A stretch of 56,075 bases of DNA, counting the filler, from Rhizaria sp. SCN 62-66 (lineage: Eukaryota), in NCBI GenBank assembly GCA_001724265.1. It is 4 parts of 4 records of this genome, joined end to end, with 100 filler letters (N's around TTAATTAATTAA, not from the genome) between each part and the next. Parts side by side here need not be neighbours in the genome. Positions count along the whole stretch, not along the records: positions 49,117 to 56,075 come from MEDY01000714.1; 3 more parts are not named here. One strand, written 5' to 3'. Position numbers and translations under genes: made by a program. Shown here one piece after another: positions 54,054-56,075 of this stretch; positions within the stretch are counted from its first letter, which is position 1; the number at the start of each line of letters is the position of its first letter. The notes under the pieces were generated by a model that saw only the letters and a list, made by a program, of their open reading frames with translations, was not told the DNA's origin and made no database searches.

Positions 54054-56075
54054 TTAGAAGCCCCTTCCCACTACATTCATCAATCGGTCCCATCTAAATT
54101 GGCAACCCAGAGTCTGCGGGAGACCGCGCCCAAATCGAGGCGCCCGCACCCAAAATCATGAACACGATTAAATAGGGCGCCGATACCTGTGATTTTTCCG
54201 TCAATCGACACTATAACGGCATTTATCGAGTTGATTAGTGCTTGCAAATTTAATACCTTTATAATTTTCCTTAAATATATGTTTAACCCGGCCATCCAGC
54301 GCTCTGAGAAAGTGGTGGCCAGTTCACAGGGAGTGCAGGCGCTGTCGGCGCCAGCGGCGTGAGATGATCATAATACGGGATGTACGGTGCACTGGAAGGT
54401 CAAAGCCTATGTGAAAAACGTGGCAACAGCCGTTCTTTTGGTGCTTGTAAGCGCATTCATGCCTAAAATCTGGGTGGAAGGCAAGTGGATCATTGCGCAC
54501 CAACGTAATGATTTGTCATCGGAACAAATATCATGCTTCATAATTTCAACTTCTGGTGTTAGGTGTATATTGTGTTTAATGTGAAATAATATTGCATATA
54601 TGTTCTTGGGTTTGCGAATTGACTTTAGTAGAGTGGTGAAATCGTCATCCGTAGTGTACGCCACGAGGCGCTGTTTCACGATCTTCTCACCGGGCACCTA
54701 GGTTCTGACCAGGGACTTCTTACAAATCAATTAAAAATACGTGTTCTACTAATTTCATTACATTTTGTCTAGTATATCTTATATTTCCACTCGCACGTTG
54801 TGCTTATACTGTGATTTTCAGCTCGTGTTAGATCCGATAATGTCATTTCGCACCATTTGACTGTGGCAGTCCTGGGGCTTCACTGGCCGCGGGCTCATCA
54901 TCATCGCACTTCTCAATAAAAAAATTAACACCACTAAAAACGTTAACATATACCGTGCGCGCAACGCTTGTTTTCTGCGTCTTTTATGATATCTCCGCTC
55001 CGCTATGGGCCCTTTAGCCCGGCCGGCCGTGTCAACACCTACCCACATCAGCTCATCCCTATGGTCAATATCTCACAATGAAGTGAACATATGTTTGGGA
55101 CTGTTTAATAGCATGATTATGAATATTACGTGGGATGCATTGCTTAGTACAACCATTCAGACCTCGATTCATCATGAGGGTCACACTCAGACTTGGCTGG
55201 CAAGGAGTAAATCCATGTCACTGAAGGCTATCCACAGACTCGTCATTATACTCACTTCGCACAATTCGCACTTTTATTGGGATATTATTATGAGTACTAA
55301 CGTATAGTGGAGATTTATGTTACTCTGAGACATCCCCTGATCAGAAGACCACACAACGCTTGGTAGGTCACTCGTGCGAAATCGGCTATATAACTATGAC
55401 GGAATATATCTCTTTATAATCACACTTTAACTTCATAGCTCTTGCTTTTCTTAACGTAATGACACTTTAGATAATAAATTAACCTGATTATTTTTGTATA
55501 TTTACTAATTTCACAAATACATCCTTATTTTAAGTATCCATATTTGGACTCTGAAGTTACGTTCTCAAAGACTGACTTCAAGACGATTGGTTATGGCTAC
55601 GGTACTTGCAGAATCGAAGTTTAAACGCAGAATTCAAATTTCAAAAGGTTTCATAATAATCTTCATCTATTTTATTAATAAAATCTGTTACAGACCTACG
55701 GCAGAGGGGATGGTGATATTTTGAGAACCCCTGCTCACAGTCACTTTTCCAGGCGCACCTCCCGTCACCAGTCCGATGGGCTGCTAATGTCAATGAGGTC
55801 TGCCAGGGTCGTTTTTGGGCACATTTAGTCATAGTAATTTTTGCGATCTCCACTATGCATTATATTCAATTCATAAACACTTTCACCACATGTAGTCGAC
55901 GTCATTGTTATGCGCAAATGGGTAGCAATCTCACATTGTAGTTGCGCACACGTCGACACCACCTGCCCCGCCCCCTACCTTCCTTCGGCTCCCAGAGGAA
56001 CTTTGGGGTGAGGAAAACGGCATGCAGACAGATGTTCTCGATATGAAAATGGTTGCTTATTGTTATGTTTGCTGT

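Noticed and set aside
54080-55853. Short ORFs in the AT-rich end of the window as transposase or surface-protein relics
   Set aside because: No DDE, RT or other motif I can identify. An isolated SACTPC is insufficient.
1-56075. CRISPR arrays, tRNA/rRNA genes, operons, prokaryotic defence systems
   Set aside because: No repeat-spacer array or recognisable structural RNA gene seen. The DNA is eukaryotic, and neighbours across linkers are not physically linked.

Overview
This window is eukaryotic, probably from a protist whose lineage I cannot identify from the sequence. Four unrelated contigs are joined by 100-bp N linkers carrying TTAATTAATTAA. Contig 1 (1-14161) is one intronless giant gene (>4,700 codons, open at both ends) for a Ser/Thr/Ala/Val-rich, Cys-paired, probably extracellular protein. 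Its single frameshift is exactly explained by an 8-bp tandem duplication (TTCTCACA x2). Contig 2 (14262-38738) holds a 4-exon PRR11/MTFR-like gene with a WH2-C-A tail, an F-box/LRR gene, XPD/RAD3 helicase, a ~2,230-aa Ala-rich putative mitochondrial protein, an ankyrin-repeat gene and a truncated B-box gene. Contig 3 (38839-49016) holds a truncated myotubularin-type PH-GRAM gene, a PPEF/RdgC phosphatase and the 3' half of RPS7. Contig 4 (49117-56075) holds an RCC1-repeat + IPT/TIG gene and non-coding DNA with a MITE-like hairpin. Main signals: all 10 inferred introns begin GTACG and 9 are phase 0; six of seven complete genes end in TAA, while two TAGs look as if they could be read through (weak hint of UAG reassignment or readthrough); conserved domains carry large low-complexity insertions. 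Family calls rest on motif recognition by eye, not database searches.
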